A stretch of DNA of 64,000 bases from Candidatus Omnitrophota bacterium (GCA_030649895.1 JAUSEX010000037.1:3815-67814), one strand, 5' to 3'; shown: positions 49,630 to 59,888, numbered from the stretch's first letter. Notes: generated by a model from the letters alone, not told the origin. Program-made: numbers and translations.

Positions 49630-50568
49630 CTACACGGTTTTTTCCCGCCGCTCTTTTACGTAGTTGCTTCCAGGAAGGCTTTTGGCGTGTTCTTTTAGCT
49701 CGGCTCCCAATTCACTCACTTCTCCTACGTGATTGATTTTTATTTTCTCGTTTGTTACCACTCCTATAGATATTGAAAGAAGAGGTATTTTTCTAATTTT
49801 TTTCTGCCGATCTTTTCCGACTATATAACCTTTTTCCAGATCTTCTTTATTATATAATCCCGGAACCATTGAGGTAAAATCAGCTATGATTTTTTTACAC
49901 AATTCATCTACTTTATCAGGGATTGTCACTACGACAAAATCGTCCCCTCCTATATGGCCTATAAAATCTTGCGGGGTACCTTTCTCCTGCGCGGAGCTTA
50001 TCAATATTCTGGCGGTATTTTTTATTACCTCGTCGCCTTTTTCAAAGCCATATTTATCGTTAAACGCCTTGAATTTATCAAGATCAACATAACATACCGC
50101 GAATAATTCATTTTTGGTTATGCGAATGCGAAGTTCGTTTATTATGGAAACATTCCCCGGAAGCCTTGTGAGCGGGTTTGCGTCCAGGTCCCTGGCTGTT
50201 CTCCTGAGCACCATTTTTACTCTGGCTACCAGCTCCTGGGGCTCAAAAGGTTTTACCATGTAATCGTCTGCGCCTGCGTTGATGCCGTGTATCTTATCGG
50301 TTGTTTCGCCTTTGCCCGTGAGCATTATAATAGGCATGTGTTGTATTAATATGTCCTGTTTTAGAATCCTGCAGACTTCGTCGCCGCAGATCTTGGGCAT
50401 TTTAAAGTCTGTTATGAGAAGATCAGGGGTGGATTTTTTTATCATATCCACAGCTTCCTGGCCATCGTGCGCTTCTATTATCTCATAGCCTTCCGCCTCA
50501 AGCGTTATTCTTATAACATCCAGTATATCAGAATCATCATCTGCTATAAGTATTTTTTCTTTTAGCAT
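49630..50568 (-). CDS. response regulator: REC receiver + GGDEF-family diguanylate cyclase domain (motif GGDDF)
   Basis: ILIADDDSDILDV ... DLLITDFKMP ... YMVKPF (REC). RLPGN ... FAVCYVDLDKFKAFNDKYG ... GHIGGDDFVVV (GGDEF domain with GGDDF; no RxxD I-site upstream). Confidence 0.85.
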   Translation of the reverse strand: MLKEKILIADDDSDILDVIRITLEAEGYEIIEAHDGQEAVDMIKKSTPDLLITDFKMPKICGDEVCRILKQDILIQHMPIIMLTGKGETTDKIHGINAGADDYMVKPFEPQELVARVKMVLRRTARDLDANPLTRLPGNVSIINELRIRITKNELFAVCYVDLDKFKAFNDKYGFEKGDEVIKNTARILISSAQEKGTPQDFIGHIGGDDFVVVTIPDKVDELCKKIIADFTSMVPGLYNKEDLEKGYIVGKDRQKKIRKIPLLSISIGVVTNEKIKINHVGEVSELGAELKEHAKSLPGSNYVKERREKTV

Positions 50569-50605
50569 TTATTTGACCTTTCTTTACACTTCGTAAGTGT
50601 ATTGT

Positions 50606-52075
50606 TTAGTATTTGGGCAATGTAAAGGTGAATCTGGTGCCTTTGCCTAGTTCGCTGTTGAACCAGATTTTGCCCTTGTGGGCCTCTACTATTTTTTTAA
50701 CAAGAGATAGCCCCAGTCCAGATCCTTTTATTTTCTGATCCAGGGCATTGTCCGCCCTGAAAAATTCCTGAAAAACTTTTGACATATCCTGGGGAGGGAT
50801 GCCTATGCCGGTATCTTCCACGCTGAATTGGATAACGTCATCAGTTTCTTCTATAAAAACGGTTACCACGCCTTTTTCCGGGGTGAATTTTACTGCGTTA
50901 CTTAAAAGATTCAGAAATACTCTTTCTATCTGGCTGTGATCAGCTTTTATTTTGTCGAATTTTATTTTGGAGTTTATTTTTAGCGAGATATTTTTTTCTT
51001 TAATTTGAGGTGTGATTATATCTATGATAGAATCCAGCAGCTCTTCTATGGAGAGATCTTTCAGCTCCATCTGGATCTTCCCGGATTCTATTCTGGCTAT
51101 ATCCAGGAGGTTGTTTATCAGATGAACCAGGCTGTTGGAGTGCTTATCTATTTTTTCCAGTCTCTCTTTCTGGGCCGGTAATACATCCCCTAGTTTACCT
51201 GTCATCAGTATGGAGGCGTAACCTTTTATAGATGTTAAAGGGGTCCTGAGCTCATGGGATACGCTGGATATGAAATCAGATTTCATTTTATTAAGATTTT
51301 TAAGATCTTCGTTTAAGTCCTCCAGTTCTTTGGTGCGTTCAGCAACTCTTCTTTCCAATTCTCTATGCGAACTGAAAAGTTCCGTATATAGCTTTGCATT
51401 TTCAATAGCTGTACCTATCAGGCCTGAGAGCATGGACACAAGGTCAGTATCGTCTTCTCCTGTTTTTCCGTACATAGAAGTATTCCCTATGATTAAGAAC
51501 CCGACGGGCTCCTCTCTTACCACAATAGGAGCCGATAGAAAAGATTCTACTTTCAGGAGATCCAGGAGATCCCATTTTCTGTCTATGTTTTCCAGCAATA
51601 TATTGACGAGCAGGGTTTTTTCTTTTTTAAATAGAAAATTTGCAAATTTTGTTTTATTGAGTTCCATTTCTATTGCTTTTATTTCAATATCGGAGTAACC
51701 CACAGAGCTTTTTATTGCCATGGTTGCCGAGGAATCGTCCTTAAACATAACAATTAATTTTGAAAAGCCTAGTTTTAACACAAAAGGATGATTTATCATG
51801 CTAAAGATAGTGTCTATATTAAAAGTGGAACTCACCTTTCTGCTAAGTTCGTGAAGCGTATACAGGCTGGCTATTTTTTTGTCCAGGTCTTCCTGCACCT
51901 TATTGAGAGCGAGGTCGGTTTTTATAATTATCTTTGCCTGGCTATCCAGCTGGTCTACGATATTTTGCAGCCTTTTGTTAAATTTTTCTGATTTTATGCG
52001 CCTGGTGATTTCAAAGTGATATAACATATAGAGAATCACGGTTGCCAGAGAGAATGCCGTTATAGGCATATTCAT
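50606..52075 (-). CDS. membrane sensor histidine kinase with GAF-like domain
   Basis: N-terminal TM. FISSVSHELRTPLTSIKGYASIL (H-box). LLSNAVKFTP ... DTGIGIP ... GSGLGLSLVKKIVEAHKGKI (HATPase N/G1/G2 boxes). Confidence 0.85.
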   Translation of the reverse strand: MNMPITAFSLATVILYMLYHFEITRRIKSEKFNKRLQNIVDQLDSQAKIIIKTDLALNKVQEDLDKKIASLYTLHELSRKVSSTFNIDTIFSMINHPFVLKLGFSKLIVMFKDDSSATMAIKSSVGYSDIEIKAIEMELNKTKFANFLFKKEKTLLVNILLENIDRKWDLLDLLKVESFLSAPIVVREEPVGFLIIGNTSMYGKTGEDDTDLVSMLSGLIGTAIENAKLYTELFSSHRELERRVAERTKELEDLNEDLKNLNKMKSDFISSVSHELRTPLTSIKGYASILMTGKLGDVLPAQKERLEKIDKHSNSLVHLINNLLDIARIESGKIQMELKDLSIEELLDSIIDIITPQIKEKNISLKINSKIKFDKIKADHSQIERVFLNLLSNAVKFTPEKGVVTVFIEETDDVIQFSVEDTGIGIPPQDMSKVFQEFFRADNALDQKIKGSGLGLSLVKKIVEAHKGKIWFNSELGKGTRFTFTLPKY

Positions 52076-52077
52076 AG

Positions 52078-53274
52078 TTACTCCGAAAATAATGTTATAG
52101 AAATACTATGGTTATTAAAACAATACTGGCTGCCGGCGGATTCAGTTGCGTTAAAAAGCCCGTATTCTCCGAGAGTATAGCAGCCCAGGATAGGCGTTTC
52201 TTTGCCTATAGTTTCTTTTACGATGTCTATTTCTTTATAAGCGTCATTTCTCAGGAGCAAAAGCCTGCTTATGTCGCTAAACATAACCGCAAATTTTATT
52301 TTTGTATCTTTTATATAGCTTAAGGCTTCTTTTGCAGCATTTTTTGCTGATTCAAGGATCAGATCTTTATCGCTTATCATCAGGCTGATATCTTCATCTT
52401 CTTTGATGTCTGCATTTAGCGCCAGGCTTCCGTTGTCCCCCGCCATCAAAGGTATCCTCGTGATATAGTTTTTGTTTTCATCTGTTTGGCGTATTCCTAA
52501 AGGATATCTTATGCCTAATTTAAAAATCCAGTCATTTGTAATTTCCTGAGGGGATATTTCAAAATAATCTTCATATATTTTTACAGCTGCTTTTTTGTCT
52601 ATTTCTTTTATAATATTAGAGTTAGCCTTTGTGACTTTATGCGGTTTTCCTATAGGCTGCCAGCAACTGGATTGCCCCATGCCTAGTACCAAATTTCCTG
52701 ATATAATAGCCCCTATTACGGAATCATTATGTATTTCATTGTCAGCGTACTGGGATGCCTTTGAACCGTATAAGTTGTTGCACGCGCCTCCCCCTATTAT
52801 GGGAAAATATGTTCCAAGCACTTCTTGCGCGCCTCTTAAGATATCAGCGCTATTTCCGGAAACGCCGTCGGAAAACATTAGATAGGCCTGCTTAATGCCG
52901 CGGTTTTTTATTGAGCCAAAAGCTTTTAAGGCTGCCTTGCTTCCAGCCAAACGGGAATTATTGCTTACTTTGTCGCCTGTCCCACAGAAAAATTTGATAG
53001 AATCGGAACTGATTATAAAAACAGTTACTGAGTTTTGATTAGAGCCATAGCTTGAGATAGATCCTATGCTAGAACATCCTATCAGAGGCGTATCTTTTAT
53101 TATAGAACGCACCCCTTTTATTGCCTCATGTTGGATGTATATTGCAGATATGAATATAATTAATATACTGGGGTTATTTTTTTCAATTTGATGATAGGCG
53201 CTTAAGGCAGCTTCTTTACCTGCAGCGAGGGAATCTAATTTAGTGCTTATACCTGTTCCTATTAGAGTGGCCAT
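52078..53274 (-). CDS. FIST (FIST_N/FIST_C) sensory domain protein, first gene of FIST-HK-GGDEF operon
   Basis: ~400 aa with Gly/Ser-rich motifs typical of the FIST N and C domains (...GCSSIGSISSYG..., ...ILGCYTLGEYG...). Stop is 3 nt before the HK start. Confidence 0.5.
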   Translation of the reverse strand: MATLIGTGISTKLDSLAAGKEAALSAYHQIEKNNPSILIIFISAIYIQHEAIKGVRSIIKDTPLIGCSSIGSISSYGSNQNSVTVFIISSDSIKFFCGTGDKVSNNSRLAGSKAALKAFGSIKNRGIKQAYLMFSDGVSGNSADILRGAQEVLGTYFPIIGGGACNNLYGSKASQYADNEIHNDSVIGAIISGNLVLGMGQSSCWQPIGKPHKVTKANSNIIKEIDKKAAVKIYEDYFEISPQEITNDWIFKLGIRYPLGIRQTDENKNYITRIPLMAGDNGSLALNADIKEDEDISLMISDKDLILESAKNAAKEALSYIKDTKIKFAVMFSDISRLLLLRNDAYKEIDIVKETIGKETPILGCYTLGEYGLFNATESAGSQYCFNNHSISITLFSE

Positions 53275-53292
53275 ATTTTTATACTCATCAAG

Positions 53293-53321
53293 AATAATAC
53301 CTAATAAGGCATACTATGTCA
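53293..53321 (-). promoter_or_regulatory. sigma70-like promoter for FIST-HK-GGDEF operon (minus strand TTGACA-N17-TATTAT)
   Basis: Reverse complement of 53293-53321 reads TTGACAtagtatgccttattaggTATTAT. The -10 lies ~20 nt upstream of the FIST start codon. Confidence 0.45.
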
Positions 53322-53364
53322 ATAGTTTTATTGATTTCCTGGCCCAAAAAAGGTAAATTTCATC

Positions 53365-53392
53365 TTGACAAAATCAAAAAAATCATTAAAAT
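53365..53392 (+). promoter_or_regulatory. sigma70-like promoter TTGACA-N16-TAAAAT upstream of tRNA-Glu
   Basis: ttgacaaaatcaaaaaaatcattaaaat read directly, ~100 nt upstream of the tRNA. Confidence 0.35.
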
Positions 53393-53494
53393 AGTACTAG
53401 TACTTTATAAGATATATAAGACTTTAATGCTGTTCTTTAATATAATTTTAAATTAACCAAGAGGCCGGGTAATGATGCGGATTAGAGAACTATA

Positions 53495-53572
53495 GGCCCT
53501 ATCGTCTAGCCTGGTCTAGGACAGGTGGTTCTCAGCCATCAGACAGGGGTTCAAATCCCCTTGGGGCTACCA
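53495..53572 (+). tRNA. tRNA-Glu (anticodon CUC by my fold), CCA encoded
   Basis: GGCCCTA / TCGTCTAGCCTGGTCTAGGAC D-arm closely resembles bacterial tRNA-Glu / anticodon loop TTCTCAG / AGGGGTTCAAATCCCCT T-arm / TGGGGCT-A-CCA. Confidence 0.6.
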
Positions 53573-53629
53573 AACCGTATTAAAAGCATAGTTGCTTAAT
53601 AATGGATAAACTAAAGAAAGGGGGATGTA

Positions 53630-53878
53630 GTGGATAAAAAGTACAAGGTCTTGGGAATTAGTTCTGTGGTATTTAAAGTTTTATCTTGGGCTTCTCTGGC
53701 AATAGGAATAGTAGCTGCTATCATTATATTCATAGGAGGTGGCACGCCAGATGCACCTAGAGCAACGGGTTTTATAGGGATTTTATTAGGAGTGATTTAT
53801 TTTTTTATATTCCTTGTTGCGTCAGAGGTAATAACGCTACTTTTAGAGATACACTCAAAAGTTGAAAAGGGCGCATAA
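53630..53878 (+). CDS. small membrane protein (2 TM), hypothetical
   Basis: GTG start 7 nt after AAGGGGGA RBS. Two hydrophobic helices. Confidence 0.4.
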   Translation: MDKKYKVLGISSVVFKVLSWASLAIGIVAAIIIFIGGGTPDAPRATGFIGILLGVIYFFIFLVASEVITLLLEIHSKVEKGA

Positions 53879-53969
53879 TTTTTTAAGATATCTAATAAGT
53901 TATTTTTAATAATATATTTAGAAATAGAAGTTATCTATGAAGTATATAGTACGTAAGGGGGGCGCATAA

Positions 53970-54305
53970 ATGAAAATGAGTGATTTCGTAGAGAAGAGAA
54001 GATCCAGGAGATTGAATTTGTCTCTTCCTATGGTGCTCAGGCGGCTTACCGGGGAAGGCAAAGAAGAAGTCGTAGAAGCAGTAACCTCCAATGTAAGCTA
54101 TGATGGGGTATGTATAAGTGATGTGGATTTAAAAGATATAAAGCCGAATGATAATTTACAGATAACCCTTTCAGTGCCACGAGATGATTCAAGAGATTTC
54201 CCCTTTTCCCGTATTATTGGCAAGGCAAGGGTAGTTAGGGCCGGGATGGAAACTTACGCACTTGAGTTTAGCGAAGATGTATCTCGGCTTTGTATCGCTA
54301 ATTAA
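53970..54305 (+). CDS. PilZ-domain c-di-GMP-binding protein
   Basis: EKRRSRRLNL (RxxxR) ... NVSYDGVCI (D/NxSxxG): the two PilZ c-di-GMP binding motifs at canonical spacing. Good RBS. Confidence 0.6.
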   Translation: MKMSDFVEKRRSRRLNLSLPMVLRRLTGEGKEEVVEAVTSNVSYDGVCISDVDLKDIKPNDNLQITLSVPRDDSRDFPFSRIIGKARVVRAGMETYALEFSEDVSRLCIAN

Positions 54306-54385
54306 AGAACTGTTTCTTGTTTCGTTCCTTTCAGTGGCAAGATTCGGAATTAAATTTGCAAAGCAAATTCAAAAGGATGAAATGC

Positions 54386-55702
54386 ATGAATAAGAAGCTT
54401 TGTATTTTTTTTATACTTTCTTTGTTTATCGTTTTTTTAAGTCTTTCTTTAGTGGGATGCGGGCCTAAAGCACAGAATAAAGAGCAGGTTAAAACAATAA
54501 AAGTGTGGCATTGGATGAGCGACAGGGAGAAAGCATTCCTTGAGCTTGCCAAAAGATATGAAATTGAAACAGGCATAAGGGTGAATTTTGAGCTTTATGC
54601 GCCTTCCGATGCATATGCCCAGAAAGTAAGAGCAGCCGCCCAGACAAACACCCTTCCGGATATATACGGGATCTTGGGAGAAAAAAGAGATTTTGCAAGT
54701 TTTATAAAGGCAGGCTATGTATATGACATTACAGAAGAAATGGATAAAAATGAGGGCGCCTGGAAAAATAAGTTATTTGCAAAGGCCCTTAGCGTAAATG
54801 AATTTGGGCAGGGTAATAGTTTCGAAGTCAAGCCGGGCATATATGGCGCGCCTATAGATGTCACTAATATGCAGATGCTTTATAATAAGGATTTACTGAA
54901 AGCAGTTGGCGTTGACCCGTCAAATCCTCCAAGGACATGGAAAGATTTGGTAGCTGTAAATAGAAAACTGAAAGCAAAGGGTATTCAAGGGTTGGTGAGC
55001 GGATGGGGAGAGACATGGATGATAGATTGTTTCGCGTCTAATTACGCGTTTAACATAATGGGCAAAGACAAGGTTCTTGATACTATACGCGGCAAAATCC
55101 CTTATACGGATCCCGATTGGATAAAAGTTTTTGACCTGTTCCGCGAGATGAGAGACGAAGGAATTTTTGCTTCCGGCATAGTCACCATGGTCAACAAAAC
55201 AGCAGAGCAGCTTTTTGCAAATAACAGGGCTGCGTTTGCATTTAACGGTTCGTGGTGTGTTAACGTTTATAGAGGCATGAACCCTGATTTAAATTACGGG
55301 GCGATGCTTCCCCCTGAGGCTTCAGACAAATATCCCATGACCATCTGGGGCGGGGCAGGGTCCAGCTTTATGGTGAATAAGCAATCCAAAGAGGCTCAGC
55401 TGGCAGTGGATTTTTTAAAATGGATAACAGACGCGCCTCAGCAGGTTTTTCTTTCAAAAGAGACGCAGGATTTACCTTCTAATAAAAACAGTTTAAAGGA
55501 TATGCCCATGGTGCTTTCTCAGTTTGCGAATGCCATGGATAACACCACTCATCCGAACGCTTGGGGCGTATCGGAGTTTCCTGTTGTCATAGAGGCGTTT
55601 GACAAGGGCATACAGTCCATTATTATAGGCGAGAAAACCCCGGAACAACTTGCAAGGGAAGTGCAGCAGGTTAAAGAACGCGAAATAGCTAAGAAGCAAT
55701 GA
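54386..55702 (+). CDS. ABC transporter substrate-binding lipoprotein, carbohydrate (family 1 SBP)
   Basis: ATG 54386 with AAAAGGA RBS. MNKKLCIFFILSLFIVFLSLSLVGC lipobox. Sugar-SBP-like W/Y-rich fold. Start of a three-gene ABC operon. Confidence 0.8.
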   Translation: MNKKLCIFFILSLFIVFLSLSLVGCGPKAQNKEQVKTIKVWHWMSDREKAFLELAKRYEIETGIRVNFELYAPSDAYAQKVRAAAQTNTLPDIYGILGEKRDFASFIKAGYVYDITEEMDKNEGAWKNKLFAKALSVNEFGQGNSFEVKPGIYGAPIDVTNMQMLYNKDLLKAVGVDPSNPPRTWKDLVAVNRKLKAKGIQGLVSGWGETWMIDCFASNYAFNIMGKDKVLDTIRGKIPYTDPDWIKVFDLFREMRDEGIFASGIVTMVNKTAEQLFANNRAAFAFNGSWCVNVYRGMNPDLNYGAMLPPEASDKYPMTIWGGAGSSFMVNKQSKEAQLAVDFLKWITDAPQQVFLSKETQDLPSNKNSLKDMPMVLSQFANAMDNTTHPNAWGVSEFPVVIEAFDKGIQSIIIGEKTPEQLAREVQQVKEREIAKKQ

Positions 55703-56592
55703 ATAATATGCGCACCAAGACAATTTTTCAAAATTATCTATTTGTGTTACCCGCGGTTTTAATATTTTCAATATTCTACATCTACCCTTTCTATAAGGTA
55801 TTTACCTTATCTTTGTGCCAATGGGATGGCATTGCGAGATTTGATTTTGCCGGAAATTTTATAGGCTTAAGAAATTTTATTGAACTGTTCCAGGATAAGA
55901 TCTGGTGGGGCGCAATGCTTCAGGCAGGTTACATAACCCTGATAGCTTTGACGTTTCAAAATGCCCTCGCGCTGATCCTGGCTTTTGCGTGCGACAGAAA
56001 TATAAAAGGCGGGCATATCTATAGGGTTATATTTTATTTACCGCTTGTTCTTTCAGAAGTTGTAGTAGGCCTTGTATGGAAATGGATATATGACGGCAAT
56101 TATGGGCTTTTGAATCACTGGCTTGCATCTATGGGGTTTTCAAACCTTGTTACTGACTGGCTCTCAAACCCGAATACAGCGCTTACCTGCGTAGCTATAA
56201 TACATTGCTGGAAAGGCTTCGGATGGGGGTTTATCATTTTTTTGGCAGGACTACAGACAATCCCCAGACAGTTATACGAGGCAGCCAGGGTTGATGGCGC
56301 GTCAAGCTGGCAGATGTTTAAGAGCGTCACAATGCCTCTTATGGTACCTGTATTTATACTCGTGTCTATTCTGACAATCCTTGGCACAATGCAGGTATTT
56401 GTCCTGATACTTTCAATGACAGACGGCGGGCCTGGATATCACACAGAGGTGCCTGTCACAAGGATCCTTGCGTCAATGGTAGATTCTTCAAGATTCGGAT
56501 ACGCGTGCAGTCAGGGCGTGATGTTTGGAATGGTTCTTCTGGCTGTTTCGTTTGTGCAGATAAAGTTATCGAAATATATGAAACAAGCATAG
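55699..56592 (+). CDS. carbohydrate ABC transporter permease (MalF/UgpA-like)
   Basis: ATGA overlap with the SBP stop. Six TM helices. EAA-like loop YEAARVDGASSWQMFKSVTMP. Confidence 0.85.
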   Translation: MNNMRTKTIFQNYLFVLPAVLIFSIFYIYPFYKVFTLSLCQWDGIARFDFAGNFIGLRNFIELFQDKIWWGAMLQAGYITLIALTFQNALALILAFACDRNIKGGHIYRVIFYLPLVLSEVVVGLVWKWIYDGNYGLLNHWLASMGFSNLVTDWLSNPNTALTCVAIIHCWKGFGWGFIIFLAGLQTIPRQLYEAARVDGASSWQMFKSVTMPLMVPVFILVSILTILGTMQVFVLILSMTDGGPGYHTEVPVTRILASMVDSSRFGYACSQGVMFGMVLLAVSFVQIKLSKYMKQA

Positions 56593-56604
56593 TATGGGAA
56601 AATT

Positions 56605-57453
56605 ATGAAAGAAGGCGCGAAGTATAAAGTAGAGAAATTTTTAAAAGACAGCGTGATACATATTCTGCTTATCATTGTGTCTATCGGATGCCTTTTCCCG
56701 CTTTTGTGGATGGTTGGTTCCAGCCTTAAAACACAGCAGACGATATTTTCAGATATGAGCGTCTTCCCTAAAAATCCTGCGTGGGGTAATTTTTATAGCG
56801 CGTGGACAAAAGGCGAATTTGGGATGTATTTCCTGAACAGTCTGTTTTATACTGTAACAGTTGTATTTTGCATAGTCATTATTTCGTCTCTGGCAGCTTT
56901 CGCATTTTCCAGGCTGAAGTTTCCAGGTAAGAATATCCTTTTTTATATGTTTCTTGGGGCTATGATGATACCTCTTCCGGGAAGCTTTGTGCCTCTTTAC
57001 GTCCTTATGACAAGGCTTCATCTGGTAAATACGAGGATAGGTTATATACTCTGCATGATAAACGTAGGGCTTTCTTTCAGTATATATCTGCTAAAGACGT
57101 TTTTTGACAAAATGCCGACTGAGCTGGAAGATGCGGCCCGCATAGACGGATGCTCGAGATTAGGGATATGGTGGAACATGGCTCTTCCGCTTGCAAGACC
57201 TGCAATAGCTGTTATAGTGATATTTAATTCCCTTAATGTATGGAACGAATATATACTAGCTACGTTGATATTTTCAAGTAAAAATCTGATGCCTTTACAA
57301 AGAGGCCTTATGATATTCCAGGGGATCCATGTTACCGAGTACCCGCTTTTAATGGCAGGCATGACAATTACCGCCTTGCCGATAATTTTAGTGTATCTGA
57401 TAATGCAGAGGCATATTATTAAAGGTATAACAGCTGGAGTGATAGTAGGATGA
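56605..57453 (+). CDS. carbohydrate ABC transporter permease (MalG/UgpE-like)
   Basis: EDAARIDGCSRLGIWWNMALPLARPA EAA motif. Six TM helices. Confidence 0.85.
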   Translation: MKEGAKYKVEKFLKDSVIHILLIIVSIGCLFPLLWMVGSSLKTQQTIFSDMSVFPKNPAWGNFYSAWTKGEFGMYFLNSLFYTVTVVFCIVIISSLAAFAFSRLKFPGKNILFYMFLGAMMIPLPGSFVPLYVLMTRLHLVNTRIGYILCMINVGLSFSIYLLKTFFDKMPTELEDAARIDGCSRLGIWWNMALPLARPAIAVIVIFNSLNVWNEYILATLIFSSKNLMPLQRGLMIFQGIHVTEYPLLMAGMTITALPIILVYLIMQRHIIKGITAGVIVG

Positions 57454-59798
57454 AACTAAATAGAGGTTGCAAGAGTTTGCTGGGGGCGGCGTTAATTGCA
57501 TTATTTGTGCTATGCCCTGGCCGTCATGCTCAATCCGAAGAGACGGGCGATGCAAATTTGTCTCCCAAGGACATGATTGTCCGCGCGTGGGAGGCGTGGG
57601 GCGCAAAGAATTATGAGAGGACTTTTTACTGGACTGATAAGTGCATAGGCGAGTATAGCGAGGAGGCGAAAAAAGAGCAGGCGTCTTTAAGCGATTTTCC
57701 TCCAACAGATATTATGGATCAATACGAGACCCTGAACGCAGTAGGCACGAGTTTTTTTATTCAGGGCGAGGCGTATCTTTCCCAGGGAAAGATTGGAGAG
57801 GCAAAGAAGGCCTTTAGTATGGCTATAAAAGATTATAGTTTTGCCCAGAACTGGGATCCAAGAGGCTGGTACTGGAGCGTAAAGGAAAAAAGCGAGGCCA
57901 CCATAGAAAAATCAGAGAAAAAACCTGATGTGGCTGATGAAAAAAGGCCAAAACCAGCGCCTGGTTTTAAGAAAAAACCCAGCACCACTATCACGCTTTA
58001 CGATCCAGGCAAAGAGGCAATTGTAGATTATAAAAAATATGGATATTTTAAAAATGTCGGCACTGATAAATATGCATATGTCACAAAGGACCAGGAAGGG
58101 CTTTCACAGGCAGCAGGGGAGGCCATATATCCAAACACATCGAGCGTAAACTGGGATCTGAACTATAAAAAGGTCAAGGACGAAGGTAGGCTGGAAGGAA
58201 GCCACTGGGATTTTGTGAATACGGATGACCTGGAGGCAAATTTTTACAAATGGTCCGGCGCGCCTGAACCTCAGGGCGTGCGTATGTTTTATACGGGGTT
58301 AAGCCTTGAGAAATCAGGCCTTCTAGAACACGCGATAAAAGCGTATTATTCCATAGTTATACACTTTCCAAAGTCAGTAGGCTGGACTTATTTTCGTACG
58401 CCATGGTACATATCCCAGGTTGCCATTGACAGGATAGATTTTTTATTAAGGACCCATCCTGAACTTAAGATGGAGCTAACGGGAGCCAGGATAAAGGTAG
58501 AGAACGGTTTTGACGATATTCTTGCAAACGACAGGTTAGTTGTTAATCCGGGAGAACTCAGGAAAATAGATTTTTTATATAGGGTAAAAAGTATTGTAAA
58601 AAATAGTATACTTAAAGGCTATATCGCAAAAAAAGGCAGGGTTGTGAAGCAGATAGGTGACGGAAAAGTGGATCTTGTTAAATACGAAAACAACCACTGG
58701 CAGTTAAGGGTGGAAGGCAAGCCTTATATTATCAAAGGCGTTGCGTATTCCCCGAGTAAAATAGGCCAAAGCCCTGACGAAGGCACCCTGGAAGACTGGA
58801 TGCAGGCGGACTACAATAAAAATGGAAAGATAGACGGGCCTTATGACACGTGGGTGGATAAGAATTTAAATAACACGCAGGATTCGGATGAAAAGGCAGT
58901 GGGCGATTTTCAATTATTAAAGGAAATGGGATGCAATACAATCAGGCTATATCATCACGCCTCAAATAAGGAGCTTTTAAAGGAACTTTATCGGCGTTAT
59001 GGTATAATGGTGATAATGGGGGATCTCCTGGGGGCGTATACGGTGGGTTCAGGCGCAGGCTGGTATGAAGGAACGGATTACGCAAATCCTGAACACAGGA
59101 AGAATATGCTTGAGAGCGTCAAAAAGATGGTGGAGGAGTTTAAAGACGAGCCATATGTGCTTTTCTGGATGCTCGGAAATGAAAATAATTATGGCGTAGC
59201 TAATAATGCAAAAAGAAACCCAAAAGCTTATTACGAATTCGTAAACGAAGCGGCTATTATGATAAAGTCTATGGACAGAGACCATCCGGTGGGAATCTGT
59301 AATGGAGATCTTACATTCCTGGATATATGCTCCAGCTTGGCGCCTAACGTGGACATATACGGTTCAAACGTATACAGAGGTAAATACGGGTTCGGCACGA
59401 GTTTCTGGGAGAATGCGAAAGATATATGGGGAAAACCTGTTGTGATAACGGAATATGGTTGCCCTGCATACATGGAAGGAAAATCCGAAGAGATCGCTCA
59501 GGAAGCTCAGGCAGAATATCTTAAAAACGCGTGGCAGGATATTGTGTATAATTCAGCCGGTAGTTCTGGCACAGGAAACTCTATAGGCGGGATGCTTTTT
59601 GAATGGGTTGACGAGTGGTGGAAGGCGTATGAGTCTTCAGTGCATGACTCGAAAAGAAACTGGTCAGGCCCTTTTCCTGACGGGTGGAATTACGAAGAGT
59701 GGCTTGGCGTATGCAGCCAGGGTGACGGGAAATCCAGCCCATTTTTAAGACAGCTCAGAAAGACTTATTTTACTTATAAGGAAATGTGGAATAAGTAG
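57450..59798 (+). CDS. secreted clan GH-A glycoside hydrolase (GH2/GH72-like motifs) with N-terminal TPR-like region
   Basis: ATGA overlap with the permease stop. Signal peptide. LRVEGKPYIIKGVAYSP ... LKEMGCNTIRLYHH ... VLFWMLGNENN ... KPVVITEYGCPAY ... MLFEWVDEWWK. Confidence 0.75.
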   Translation: MKLNRGCKSLLGAALIALFVLCPGRHAQSEETGDANLSPKDMIVRAWEAWGAKNYERTFYWTDKCIGEYSEEAKKEQASLSDFPPTDIMDQYETLNAVGTSFFIQGEAYLSQGKIGEAKKAFSMAIKDYSFAQNWDPRGWYWSVKEKSEATIEKSEKKPDVADEKRPKPAPGFKKKPSTTITLYDPGKEAIVDYKKYGYFKNVGTDKYAYVTKDQEGLSQAAGEAIYPNTSSVNWDLNYKKVKDEGRLEGSHWDFVNTDDLEANFYKWSGAPEPQGVRMFYTGLSLEKSGLLEHAIKAYYSIVIHFPKSVGWTYFRTPWYISQVAIDRIDFLLRTHPELKMELTGARIKVENGFDDILANDRLVVNPGELRKIDFLYRVKSIVKNSILKGYIAKKGRVVKQIGDGKVDLVKYENNHWQLRVEGKPYIIKGVAYSPSKIGQSPDEGTLEDWMQADYNKNGKIDGPYDTWVDKNLNNTQDSDEKAVGDFQLLKEMGCNTIRLYHHASNKELLKELYRRYGIMVIMGDLLGAYTVGSGAGWYEGTDYANPEHRKNMLESVKKMVEEFKDEPYVLFWMLGNENNYGVANNAKRNPKAYYEFVNEAAIMIKSMDRDHPVGICNGDLTFLDICSSLAPNVDIYGSNVYRGKYGFGTSFWENAKDIWGKPVVITEYGCPAYMEGKSEEIAQEAQAEYLKNAWQDIVYNSAGSSGTGNSIGGMLFEWVDEWWKAYESSVHDSKRNWSGPFPDGWNYEEWLGVCSQGDGKSSPFLRQLRKTYFTYKEMWNK

Positions 59799-59888
59799 GA
59801 AGGAGGTGTATTTTATAGAAATAAAAATAAATGTTAATCGCGCGTAGATAGCGCGGGGAAATAAAGCAGCAGAACAAAGGAGGGAAAG

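Noticed and set aside
49886-51991. Plus-strand ORFs (49886-50092, 50279-50488, 51270-51698, 51788-51991) antisense to the GGDEF and histidine-kinase genes
   Set aside because: Shadow ORFs inside well-supported minus-strand genes with clear domain signatures.
54317-54385. ORF-track start 54317 for the sugar-binding protein
   Set aside because: The ATG at 54386 directly precedes a canonical lipoprotein signal and has a well-spaced AAAAGGA RBS. The upstream extension has no RBS and overlaps the PilZ gene terminator region.
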